Assembly (NCBI GenBank): GCA_035371225.1
Contig: DAOOWO010000001.1
Span: 1-44,085 of the forward strand
Length of the DNA: 44,085 nucleotides
DNA from: Bacteroidales bacterium
GTDB taxonomy: Bacteria > Bacteroidota > Bacteroidia > Bacteroidales > CAIWKO01
Direction of reading: 5' to 3'
Shown: piece after piece, positions 17,659-26,524 of the stretch
Layout: each line of letters begins with the position of its first letter
How positions within the stretch are numbered: the first letter of the stretch is position 1
Program-made: the position numbers and the translations under genes
The notes under the pieces: model-generated
Databases searched by the model: none
What the model saw: only the letters and a program-made list of their open reading frames with translations
What the model was told of the DNA's origin: nothing

Positions 17659-18462
17659 TTAAAAACTCTTAAGTCCGGCTTTTCTGCAACTATCTTTTTG
17701 TTTTTCAGTGCGTTTGTAATTGTACTGATACAGGGCTGATTCCCAATCGCCGTACATGGCATTGGGTAATATTATAAAGCGTTTACCAAATTCGCTTCTT
17801 AAACTGTCAACTTTATATTCCCTGGTGCCGGCGGGTTGTTTATCGAATCCGCTGATAAAATCCGACAAGTTGTCACCTATCAGCAGGCTGATATGATATT
17901 TTCCGGCAATTTGCTGACGGTATATTTCTTTATTGGTTGACACCGTCTTTAGCATGAGGTGCTCGTTGTCGGCAAAAGGAAATCCTTTCTCTTTAAGGTT
18001 TTTCAGTGTTCCTTGGCGTTGGTCTTCCATGCGGTTTGAGACATAAAATACCTCGGCACTATTGGAGGCAACATAATTCAAAAAGTCTAAAGTGCCGGGC
18101 AATGCCTCAGCAATGCCTTTGTTGCACCATTCGTCCCATTGGCTTGGATAAGAAATATTTTCCAGCACGCATTTGGCCTGGTAAGGGCTGTTGTTGAGCA
18201 TCGTTTCATCAATATCTACCACTACGGCTCTTTTTTTGGCCACTGATGCATTTAATAAGTCCTGCTCAAACATCAGCCTGGCCAGCCGAAACGACTGATA
18301 ATACAAAGCTTTTATTTCAGCAGACTGCTGGTGGTATAGCACCGCCATTTCCATGTAATTATTATCTTTTGAAAAATCTGTTACGGTGGCTTTTTCGGCG
18401 TTTTTACAGGCCGGGATAACAAATAGTAAGATGCTGATAAAAATTAAGGTTAATTTTTTCAT
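17659..18462 (-). CDS. 5'-nucleotidase / class C acid phosphatase, lipoprotein e(P4) family (HAD superfamily)
   Basis: 267 aa with a lipobox (VIPAC). DDDD-type HAD motifs are present: VVVDIDETMLNNSPY and IGDNLSDF. Confidence 0.85.
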   Translation of the reverse strand: MKKLTLIFISILLFVIPACKNAEKATVTDFSKDNNYMEMAVLYHQQSAEIKALYYQSFRLARLMFEQDLLNASVAKKRAVVVDIDETMLNNSPYQAKCVLENISYPSQWDEWCNKGIAEALPGTLDFLNYVASNSAEVFYVSNRMEDQRQGTLKNLKEKGFPFADNEHLMLKTVSTNKEIYRQQIAGKYHISLLIGDNLSDFISGFDKQPAGTREYKVDSLRSEFGKRFIILPNAMYGDWESALYQYNYKRTEKQKDSCRKAGLKSF

Positions 18463-18593
18463 TTTTTGGTTTAAATTATTTACAAATTCCTCTGATAATA
18501 CAGTTGTACAAACAGACTATAAAAATAACTGGAAATAAAATAAAACATCAAATATTTTATTCAAATAATTCAAGGTAAAGAAAAATTCTGCTG

Positions 18594-20084
18594 CTATTTT
18601 CCAGTTTTAACAAGTTCTACGCGTTTTTCTTCTCTATAATCGGGTATTTTTTTTAAATTTCTCAAATAATCTATTATACCCTCGGCAGTAGTTCTGAACA
18701 ATCCTTGTCCTTTATCTTTATGATCGTATTTATACACCGACGCCATATAGTTATTCATGACCACGGTATAGGTTTTATCCATTTCCAAGGGGTTACCGTC
18801 GGTAGTAAAAAACTGTATATCCGTAAGTACGCCTTTTTCAGTGAGTAGATATTTTGATTTTATTCCCGAAGGATAAATGGCGCTGCTGTCATCAATGGTA
18901 AAGGCCGCCAGGTGCAACGCTTTAAGCTCGTGTCCGGTGAGTTTAAATAAAACCATTTCGTTGCCAAAAGGATCCATGGTATAAATATCCATCACACTGA
19001 CATTGCCTTTGTCCAAATGATCGATACGTACGCCGCCCGGGTTGGCCAGTGCAATATCGGCACCGGCTGCGGCACGTATGCCGTCCACCATTAGGTAGCC
19101 AAGCTGTTCGTAAGATGTAAAATCGGCGGTAGCTTCTGCAATGGTTTCCTTAAGCTGAGGGTTATTGCTAAATTGATTAACCATAGCGCGGATATCCAAC
19201 CGTTCTTTTCCTTTATTTCCAACAGTCAGGAGTTGCATGGTTTTAGTTTCCACCTTGTTATCTTTCAAAGTGAGTTTTATGAGTGTAGCATATTTAAGTT
19301 TACGTTCAGCCTGAGTAATAAGTATGCCATTGTGCAGTTGTTCTTTATCAACACGGGTATGCGAATGGCCGCCGATGATGAGATCGGCTTTTCCTGCCGG
19401 AAGCTGGCCGGCCAAAGCGACATCCTCTTCAAAGCCCATGTGGTTGAGAAAAACAAAAACATGGGCGCTGTCGGCCAGATAAAGAAATTCTTTTGCTGTT
19501 GCATAAGGGTCTCTGAAACTAAATCCCTTGACGTTGTCGGGATGACAGTCGGGGATGCCACCTTCGTTGATGTTTAAAAGCGAAACAAAAACTATGCGGA
19601 TGCCATTTTTGGTGGAAATTATTGAATAAGGTTTTATATGGTATCCGCCCCCTTCAGGGAGCACAGTATTGGTGCCAACAAAATCAAAAGTCGCACTCTG
19701 GGTATTTTTTGCAAAACCTTGCGGCTTGGAGTCAAATTCATGGTTGCCAACCGCTGAAACGTCAAATTTTACAGCATCCATCAGCGCTATCATGGGCATC
19801 CCCTTTTCGCGATACTGGTCGTTTACCGGGTTCCCGGTCTGGTTGTCGCCGGCCGATACAAGCAGCATATCGGGATAGAGGGCTCTAAGGCTGTCTACCA
19901 TGAAGGCAAAACGCGGAAAGTTGTCAATGGCTGCATGCATGTCGTTTACAGCCAGTATTTCCAGTGTTTTTGTTTCGGGTGTCGGTTGCGATGCCTGGCG
20001 TACAGGATGACAGGCCACAATTATAGTGAAAAGAACAATCGGTGCTAACCGCATAATTTTTTTACAGAAAACAAAGTGTTTCAT
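18594..20084 (-). CDS. Bifunctional metallophosphatase / 5'-nucleotidase (UshA-like), lipoprotein
   Basis: 496 aa with calcineurin-like motifs (ILAVNDMHA, SAGDNQTGNP, GNHEFD, GGHSH) followed by a 5'-nucleotidase C-terminal substrate-binding domain. Lipobox-like IIVAC. Confidence 0.85.
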   Translation of the reverse strand: MKHFVFCKKIMRLAPIVLFTIIVACHPVRQASQPTPETKTLEILAVNDMHAAIDNFPRFAFMVDSLRALYPDMLLVSAGDNQTGNPVNDQYREKGMPMIALMDAVKFDVSAVGNHEFDSKPQGFAKNTQSATFDFVGTNTVLPEGGGYHIKPYSIISTKNGIRIVFVSLLNINEGGIPDCHPDNVKGFSFRDPYATAKEFLYLADSAHVFVFLNHMGFEEDVALAGQLPAGKADLIIGGHSHTRVDKEQLHNGILITQAERKLKYATLIKLTLKDNKVETKTMQLLTVGNKGKERLDIRAMVNQFSNNPQLKETIAEATADFTSYEQLGYLMVDGIRAAAGADIALANPGGVRIDHLDKGNVSVMDIYTMDPFGNEMVLFKLTGHELKALHLAAFTIDDSSAIYPSGIKSKYLLTEKGVLTDIQFFTTDGNPLEMDKTYTVVMNNYMASVYKYDHKDKGQGLFRTTAEGIIDYLRNLKKIPDYREEKRVELVKTGK

Positions 20085-20088
20085 AGGG

Positions 20089-20289
20089 TTATTTTATGGT
20101 TTTTATATACAGTTGATTGCCATCGGAGAGCCTGCCGTCGGGGGCGGCATAATTTCCATAGGGGTCGGTTACCACCGGAAAAATCTTTGGAAATTTCTTT
20201 TTGTGCAGCGAATAATATGTGCGTACGGCATCGGCTATAGTCGCCCCGCCAAACAGTTCGAGTTCGGTTCTGTTGATGCGTATTTTCAT
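20089..20289 (-). CDS. Small (66 aa) hypothetical protein, possibly a ThiS/MoaD-like beta-grasp fold without a C-terminal GG
   Basis: The track start at 20298 is TTG; the ATG at 20289 gives MKIRINRTELELFGGATIADAV, then PDGRLSDGNQLYIKTIK. The stop is 4 nt before the ATG of the 5'-nucleotidase. The pattern resembles ThiS (MxIxxNg...G.Ti.dl....dGD.i.i), but this is only a by-eye match. Confidence 0.45.
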   Translation of the reverse strand: MKIRINRTELELFGGATIADAVRTYYSLHKKKFPKIFPVVTDPYGNYAAPDGRLSDGNQLYIKTIK

Positions 20290-20419
20290 CGCCGTCAATT
20301 TGTCTGCAAGATAATGATTTTGCCATTATTTGTTATCAATACCTGCCTGATATTTTTTATTTTGATATAAGCGGGACAGGACTTTTTAAGCCAACCACCT
20401 GCTGACGGGTTGAAATTGC

Positions 20420-20456
20420 AAAAAAAATCCAGGCAAATTTTGCCTGGATTTTTTTT
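20420..20456 (-). terminator. Rho-independent terminator after nifJ (symmetric, A-tract/T-tract flanked)
   Basis: Stem atccaggc, loop aaatttt, stem gcctggat, flanked by A8 and T8. Lies 15 nt downstream of the nifJ stop. Confidence 0.75.
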
Positions 20457-20470
20457 GATGTATGAAAATA

Positions 20471-23400
20471 CTATTTGTCGTATTTCATTTCAGCTTTCAT
20501 TACATAGCTCTTATACCTCCATTTGGCATTTTCTTCAGCCGCTTTAAACAGGGCTTCCGCTTCTTCGGGGAAAGTGCTTTTCAGTGAGGTGTAGCGGACT
20601 TCTCCAGCCAGGAAATTCTGGAATTCTTCCCATTTAGGCTCTTTCGAGTCGAGGGTAAATGGATTTTTTCCTTCGTTTTCCAAGAGGGGGTTATAACGGT
20701 ACAGGTGCCAGTATCCGGCTTCCACTGCGCGTTCGGCTTCCTGCTGAGATTTTCCCATTCCGGCACGCAGCCCGTGGTTGATACAGGGAGCATACGCAAT
20801 AATCAACGAAGGTCCGGGATAAGCTTCTGCTTCTTTTATGGCTTTAAAGTACTGTGCATAGCTTGATCCGATTGCCACTTGCGCTACATAAACATACCCA
20901 TAAGACATTGCCATCATGCCTAAGTCTTTTTTGCGGATACGTTTTCCGGAAGCGGCAAATTTTGCAACGGCAGCGATAGGCGTCGATTTGGAAGCCTGTC
21001 CACCGGTATTGGAATACACTTCGGTATCGAGGACGAGCACATTTACATCTTCGCCGGAAGCCAACACGTGATCCAGTCCGCCATAACCTATATCATAAGC
21101 CCAGCCGTCACCGCCGAATACCCAGATAGATTTTTTCACCAGGTAATCTTTAAGCTCAATAATTTGTTTTGCCAACGGATGTGTAGACTTTTCGATCAGG
21201 GCTAGTACTTTTTCGGAGGCTGATTTTGAGGCTTCTGCGTTGTTCATGCCATCAAGCCAGGCTTTAAAAGCTTCTTTTATTTCAGCCGGCAAATCGGAAT
21301 CCATACCGGTTTTCATCAGTCTTTCGATACGCTGACGCATTTTTCTGACACCGGTTTCGATGCCAAAACCATATTCGGCATTGTCTTCAAAAAGTGAGTT
21401 GGCCCAGGCAACACCTTTACCGGATTTTGCAATGGAATAAGGTGTGGCAGGCGCTGACCCTCCATAGATAGAAGAACATCCGGTTGCATTGGCCACGATC
21501 ATTCTTTCGCCAAAGAGTTGGGTAATCAATTTGATGTAGGGGGTTTCGCCGCAGCCGGCACAGGCACCCGAAAATTCAAAGAGAGGCTGAGCAAACTGGC
21601 TGTTTTTAAATATCTTGAAGATATCCACGTTGGCGCTTTTGTAGCCTACTTTGTTGTCCATATAAGTGAAGCGTTCAATTTCATCCTGTTGGGTTCCCAG
21701 TGGTTTCATTACAAGGGCTTTGGTCTTGGCAGGACACACATCAACGCAGTTTTCGCATCCGGTACAATCCAGTACACTCACCTGGATACGGAATTGCAGG
21801 CCTTCTAATTCTTTACCTACTGCTTTTAACGTTTTGGTACCGGCGGGAGCCTTTTTTACATCCTCATCGTTGAGCAGGAAAGGACGGATTGCTGCGTGAG
21901 GGCATACAAATGAGCACTGGTTGCACTGGATACAGTTTTCGGGTATCCATTCGGGAACATTGACAGCGATACCTCTTTTTTCGTAGCGGGTCGTACCCGA
22001 AGGGAAGGTGCCGTCTTCTCTGCCAAGGAATGCGCTTACCGGGAGGTCATCGCCTTTTTGTGCGTTGATTGGGTTGAACACATTTTTAATAAAATCAGGC
22101 AGGTCGTTGTTTTCTTTGGCTGCAATTTCGGGAAGGCTTTTCCATTCGGCAGGTACCGGCACTTCTATCACGCCTTTGATGGCGTCGTCGATAGAGGCGA
22201 TGTTCAATTTTACCACATCTTCACCTTTACGGCCATAGGTTTTTTGGATGGCTTTTTTCATCTGTGCCACAGCCTGGTCGAAAGGAATTACTCCTGACAC
22301 TTTGAAGAAAGCGGTTTGCATGATGGTATTGGTTCTGTTTCCCATTCCAATTTCTTCAGCTATTTTGGTGGCATTGATAATATAGAACTTGATATTATTA
22401 GCGGCCAGGTATTTCTTAATATGGTTTGGCAGGTGTGCCTTGGTTTCTTCCACATCCCAGATGCTGTTGAGCAGGAAAGTGCCACCGTTTTTGAGCCCCT
22501 TGAGCATATCATATTTTTCGAGATAGGCGGGAACATGGCAGGCAACAAAATTAGGGGTATTAACAAGATAAGGCGATCTGATGGCTTTGTCGCCAAAGCG
22601 CAGGTGTGATACGGTGATACCGCCTGATTTTTTGGAGTCGTAGGCAAAATAAGCCTGACAATATTTATCAGTGGTTTCGCTGATGATTTTTATTGAATTT
22701 TTGTTGGCGCCCACTGTACCGTCGGAGCCCAAGCCATAAAACTTGGCTTCGTAAGTTCCTTCAGGAGCAACACTGATTTCGGGCAACAAGGGTAGCGATT
22801 TAAAGGTTACATCGTCAACAATACCCACGGTAAATTGATTTTTGGGTTCTTTCATTTTCATGTTTTCGAACACCGAAAGCATCATAGCCGGAGTGGTATC
22901 TTTGGAGCTTAAGCCGTAGCGTCCGCCCACAATTATTGGAGCGCCGGGTTTGCCGTAGAAGAGGTCGCGCACATCAAGATATAAAGGATCGCCATTGGCG
23001 CCGGGTTCTTTGGTGCGGTCGAGGACAGTGACTTTTTTAGCGGTTTTCGGATATACATTCATAAAATATTTTTCCGAGAACGGACGATATAAATGTACTG
23101 TAATAAGACCAACTTTTTCTCCTTTAGCCACTAGGTAATCAATCACTTCTTTTATTGTTTCGGTGATGGATCCCATGGCAACGATAATATTTTCTGCGTC
23201 AGGAGCACCGTAATAGGTAAAGGGATGATATTCTCTGCCGGTAATTTTCTGCATTTCCTGCATATAGTGTTCTACCATATCAGGAACGGCTTCGTAGAAT
23301 TTATTGGCAACTTCGCGTGTCTGGAAATAAATATCCGGGTTCTGTGCCGTACCACGGGTTACAGGATGTTCGGGATTGAGTGCCCGGTTACGATACTCGC

Positions 23401-24007
23401 TTAAAGCTTGTTTATCAAGTAATTTTTCCAAATCTTCCATGGCGGGAGCTTCTACTTTTTGTATTTCGTGAGAAGTACGGAACCCATCAAAAAAGTGCAG
23501 GAAAGGAACCCTTGATTTCAATGCTGTAAAATGTGCCACGCCGGCGATATCCATAATTTCCTGAACGCTTCCGGTAGCGAGCATAGCAAAACCGGTGTTC
23601 CGGGTGGCCATTACGTCGCTGTGGTCGCCAAAAATTGATAATGCCTGAGCCGCAAGGCTTCGGGCTGAGACATGTAATACGCCCGGTAATAATTCCCCGG
23701 CTATTTTGTACATGTTGGGTATCATTAACAACAGCCCCTGGGATGCGGTGAATGTTGCACCTAAGGTTCCGGCCTGGAGAGCGCCGTGCAGAGCTCCGGC
23801 AGCGCCAGCTTCTGATTGCATTTCGGAAACAGTAACAGTCTCACCGAAAATATTTTTCTTTCCTGCAGCCGCAAATTCATCAATGTTTTCGGCCATGTTC
23901 GACGATGGCGTAATAGGATAAATGCATGCTACTTCGGTAAACATGTAAGCGATATATGACGCTGCATAATTACCGTCGCATGTGATAAATTTTGATTTTT
24001 TTTCCAT
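20471..24007 (-). CDS. nifJ: Pyruvate:ferredoxin (flavodoxin) oxidoreductase, single-chain PFOR
   Basis: 1178 aa, colinear with NifJ/PorA-type PFOR. Has two ferredoxin CxxCxxCxxxCP motifs (CIQCNQCSFVCP, CTGCENCVDVCP) and the TPP-binding region GGDGWAYDIGYGGLDH. Confidence 0.95.
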   Translation of the reverse strand: MEKKSKFITCDGNYAASYIAYMFTEVACIYPITPSSNMAENIDEFAAAGKKNIFGETVTVSEMQSEAGAAGALHGALQAGTLGATFTASQGLLLMIPNMYKIAGELLPGVLHVSARSLAAQALSIFGDHSDVMATRNTGFAMLATGSVQEIMDIAGVAHFTALKSRVPFLHFFDGFRTSHEIQKVEAPAMEDLEKLLDKQALSEYRNRALNPEHPVTRGTAQNPDIYFQTREVANKFYEAVPDMVEHYMQEMQKITGREYHPFTYYGAPDAENIIVAMGSITETIKEVIDYLVAKGEKVGLITVHLYRPFSEKYFMNVYPKTAKKVTVLDRTKEPGANGDPLYLDVRDLFYGKPGAPIIVGGRYGLSSKDTTPAMMLSVFENMKMKEPKNQFTVGIVDDVTFKSLPLLPEISVAPEGTYEAKFYGLGSDGTVGANKNSIKIISETTDKYCQAYFAYDSKKSGGITVSHLRFGDKAIRSPYLVNTPNFVACHVPAYLEKYDMLKGLKNGGTFLLNSIWDVEETKAHLPNHIKKYLAANNIKFYIINATKIAEEIGMGNRTNTIMQTAFFKVSGVIPFDQAVAQMKKAIQKTYGRKGEDVVKLNIASIDDAIKGVIEVPVPAEWKSLPEIAAKENNDLPDFIKNVFNPINAQKGDDLPVSAFLGREDGTFPSGTTRYEKRGIAVNVPEWIPENCIQCNQCSFVCPHAAIRPFLLNDEDVKKAPAGTKTLKAVGKELEGLQFRIQVSVLDCTGCENCVDVCPAKTKALVMKPLGTQQDEIERFTYMDNKVGYKSANVDIFKIFKNSQFAQPLFEFSGACAGCGETPYIKLITQLFGERMIVANATGCSSIYGGSAPATPYSIAKSGKGVAWANSLFEDNAEYGFGIETGVRKMRQRIERLMKTGMDSDLPAEIKEAFKAWLDGMNNAEASKSASEKVLALIEKSTHPLAKQIIELKDYLVKKSIWVFGGDGWAYDIGYGGLDHVLASGEDVNVLVLDTEVYSNTGGQASKSTPIAAVAKFAASGKRIRKKDLGMMAMSYGYVYVAQVAIGSSYAQYFKAIKEAEAYPGPSLIIAYAPCINHGLRAGMGKSQQEAERAVEAGYWHLYRYNPLLENEGKNPFTLDSKEPKWEEFQNFLAGEVRYTSLKSTFPEEAEALFKAAEENAKWRYKSYVMKAEMKYDK

Positions 24008-24072
24008 ATCAAATTTTCTTGTTTAAATTGCTGATAATATGATTAATAACTGTTTTAATCTTTAGTAGGGTG

Positions 24073-24080
24073 CAAAATTA
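24073..24080 (-). promoter_or_regulatory. Candidate -7 box (TAATTTTG) for nifJ
   Basis: The reverse complement of caaaatta matches TAnnTTTG, about 66 nt upstream of ATG 24007. Confidence 0.45.
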
Positions 24081-24299
24081 ATGAATTATTTTTGAAATAT
24101 TGCCTGTATGATTATAAAAAAAGCCCCGATAACAAATTATAAATCTGATAATTTATAATGAAAAATTCGTTTTTCCTGTCATTAGCAGTTGAATGGCCGC
24201 CAATTAATAATATATATATTCACAAACAATATAATTCACAAAATAATAAATTTAGTATAAAAACATGGATAATATTAAAATCGTCTTTGTAACCGTAAA

Positions 24300-24512
24300 T
24301 TATTTTTTTTCGGGAGTTATGGTATCGCCGGCGGCATCCATTGAATCCATTTGCTCCAGAAGTTTGTCGGCATTATTCAGCGCTTTGTCTCTTTCAAGTT
24401 CCATAAGAGAATCTTTCTCCTTTTCCTGTTTGTCAATTTTTTCCTGATTAGGGTGGCAGGATATCAGCGCGATTAATGAAAAAACCGCACAAAATACTTT
24501 AAGGATGTTCAT
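24300..24512 (-). CDS. Small hypothetical lipoprotein (70 aa)
   Basis: Signal peptide plus lipobox (MNILKVFCAVFSLIALISC) followed by a charged, probably helical tail. No recognisable family. Confidence 0.5.
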   Translation of the reverse strand: MNILKVFCAVFSLIALISCHPNQEKIDKQEKEKDSLMELERDKALNNADKLLEQMDSMDAAGDTITPEKK

Positions 24513-24716
24513 GTTTGTTTAATGTTTAAATTTTTTTAGTTATAAAACATCGTGTTTTAATAAATTTTTGCCTTATCAGATACTATTTCATTGATAGAAT
24601 AATCTTTTCATTGGCTGTGTTCAATAATATCAAAAAATTGTATTTATCAAGTTTTCTATTGAGTAATTTAGCAAAAATTTACTTATTAATTTTCTGCAAA
24701 ACTAACAAAACCGTTT

Positions 24717-25520
24717 TTATAATTTCAGAAATTGTTTGGCTTGTGGCAGGAAATTTTCCTGAGAATCAAAAATACCATGATTATGATCGCCTGTCAGTTC
24801 AATAAACTTTTTGGTTCCTGAAAACTTTTCATATAGCCGAATTCCATTTGTGTAGGGAACTGTCTCGTCGGCGGGACTATGAGCAAATAGCACCGGCACG
24901 GTTATTTTCGGTAATTTTTCGCCCGAAGTAAAATGAAACTTCATCAGCCACGACATAGGTAGAAAACGATAAAAGAAACCGGCCATATCATAAAGACTGT
25001 AGAAGGTTGATTCCATGACCAGCGCATGACATTTTTTTTGCCTGGCCAGGTTCACAGCCACTGCTCCTCCCATCGACCATCCCCAGATAATTATTTTTTC
25101 TTCGGGAATGTTCATTTCTTTTATAAGGTACTGCCATGCCGTACGGGAATCTTCATAAATATCCTCTTCTTTTTGTATGCTGCCGCTGCTAATGCCATAG
25201 CCTCTGTAATCAATGGCCAGGGCATTGCAACCCATTTCCCTGAACAAGCGCATACGTTTTTCACCTCTTGAAATATTTCCTGCATTACCGTGAAAAAAAA
25301 GAATGGTGTATTGAGCGTCATCGGTGGGCATCCACCAGGCATGTAGCGACTTGTCATCGGAAGTTTGAAGCCTTAATTCTTGTATTTCCAAATCATCCGG
25401 GGGAGGTACAGCGCCTTTTTGTGGTTTAAAAACCACATACTTTTGAAACGAATAAACCAAGAAGCAAATCAGCGAATACAAGATGATGAACAAACCAACG
25501 ATTATCAGGATTTTTTTCAT
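24717..25520 (-). CDS. Alpha/beta hydrolase, BEM46/ABHD13-like, N-terminally membrane-anchored
   Basis: 267 aa with a TM start (MKKILIIVGLFIILYSLICFLV). Contains FHGNAGNI, the nucleophile elbow GWSMGG, and C-terminal D/H residues (SPADETV, GDHNH). Confidence 0.8.
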   Translation of the reverse strand: MKKILIIVGLFIILYSLICFLVYSFQKYVVFKPQKGAVPPPDDLEIQELRLQTSDDKSLHAWWMPTDDAQYTILFFHGNAGNISRGEKRMRLFREMGCNALAIDYRGYGISSGSIQKEEDIYEDSRTAWQYLIKEMNIPEEKIIIWGWSMGGAVAVNLARQKKCHALVMESTFYSLYDMAGFFYRFLPMSWLMKFHFTSGEKLPKITVPVLFAHSPADETVPYTNGIRLYEKFSGTKKFIELTGDHNHGIFDSQENFLPQAKQFLKL

Positions 25521-25532
25521 TTTTCAGGCATT

Positions 25533-25567
25533 AAAAAAGCCTGCCACAGAGAACCGTAACAGGCTTT
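25533..25567 (-). terminator. Terminator candidate after the 25585 lipoprotein gene
   Basis: Stem aaagcctg / caggcttt with a 16-nt loop. The minus-strand reading ends in TTTTTTAA. Confidence 0.4.
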
Positions 25568-25584
25568 GTTTCTTAAAAAAATCT

Positions 25585-26430
25585 TTATGAAAGCACTACG
25601 GTATAAGTCGTACCGTTTATGACGATATAAACAACCAGGTCACAATCGCCGTTGCCATAATCCACCGTAATGGTAGGATATCCCGGATTGACCAAGTCCA
25701 CGGTTCCAGAGGCTACTATCCAGCGGAAAATGGACATGCAGAATTTACAATAGAGCGGTGAAGTGATATTTACGCTGAACCCCGCTCCGTTGATATCGGT
25801 ACCGTTAGCCGAGCCGGTAACATAGTATTCGTCATCCCAGGGATTCATATAGGTGTCGTATCCTGCGATCCATTCGTTTTCACGTTGCGATGTCCAGTTA
25901 ATGGTTCCTTCAGTATAGGAAACGCTGGCATTGGTTACGTCAACAGAAAAATGAGGATGCCCTGCCTGATTATGGCCCAGATTAGTAATGACCTGTGTTC
26001 CTGTTATATTATGTTCTATGCTGTTAATGGTCTCAGAAAAATTCTGAAAGGTGGAGGTCATCACGGAAGAAGAATCCACATAAAGTCCGGTCATCACGGT
26101 AACTATTTGTCCTTTGCGTGTAATACCGTCGGTGCCGGTACATCCTGTGCCGTAATCCAAAGTAACTGTTTTGGGCCAGCCGCCGGTAACGTATATAACA
26201 GGACAACCCTGAATAGTATCGTTAGTGCTTTTGTTTCCCACCTGCCGGGCAGCTTTCTGAATTTCGGAGGCCGAAAGGTTAAAGGCAGTTTCTGCACGGT
26301 TGTTGTCCTGAGCAGCACGATAGCTGTATTCGTTATCATCATCATCTTCCTTCTTGCAGGAAGTGGAGAGAATTATACTGCCCGTAAAGATTACCAACAG
26401 GCATACACTTAAAACTTTTAATGCTTTCAT
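25585..26430 (-). CDS. Hypothetical lipoprotein
   Basis: 281 aa with a lipobox (ILSTSC) and an acidic linker (KKEDDDDNE), then a Gly/Thr-rich, probably beta-rich body. No family recognised. Confidence 0.65.
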   Translation of the reverse strand: MKALKVLSVCLLVIFTGSIILSTSCKKEDDDDNEYSYRAAQDNNRAETAFNLSASEIQKAARQVGNKSTNDTIQGCPVIYVTGGWPKTVTLDYGTGCTGTDGITRKGQIVTVMTGLYVDSSSVMTSTFQNFSETINSIEHNITGTQVITNLGHNQAGHPHFSVDVTNASVSYTEGTINWTSQRENEWIAGYDTYMNPWDDEYYVTGSANGTDINGAGFSVNITSPLYCKFCMSIFRWIVASGTVDLVNPGYPTITVDYGNGDCDLVVYIVINGTTYTVVLS

Positions 26431-26524
26431 AAGGTTTTTTTTTAATTAAACGATTTACAGGAATTATCAAATAAACGAGTTTTATTACACAATTATTTGC
26501 TATATGCAGTGTTTTTTTTGAAAA

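Noticed and set aside
25885-26412. A 175-aa + strand ORF almost fully antisense to the 25585..26430 lipoprotein gene. Similar long antisense ORFs occur at 35988..36461, 4432..4848, 6689..7129, 13294..13734 and 19173..19577.
   Set aside because: These are shadow ORFs opposite well-supported genes. Their translations are Cys/Arg/Gly-rich or low-complexity with no motifs. They lack TAnnTTTG boxes, and several start at non-ATG codons.
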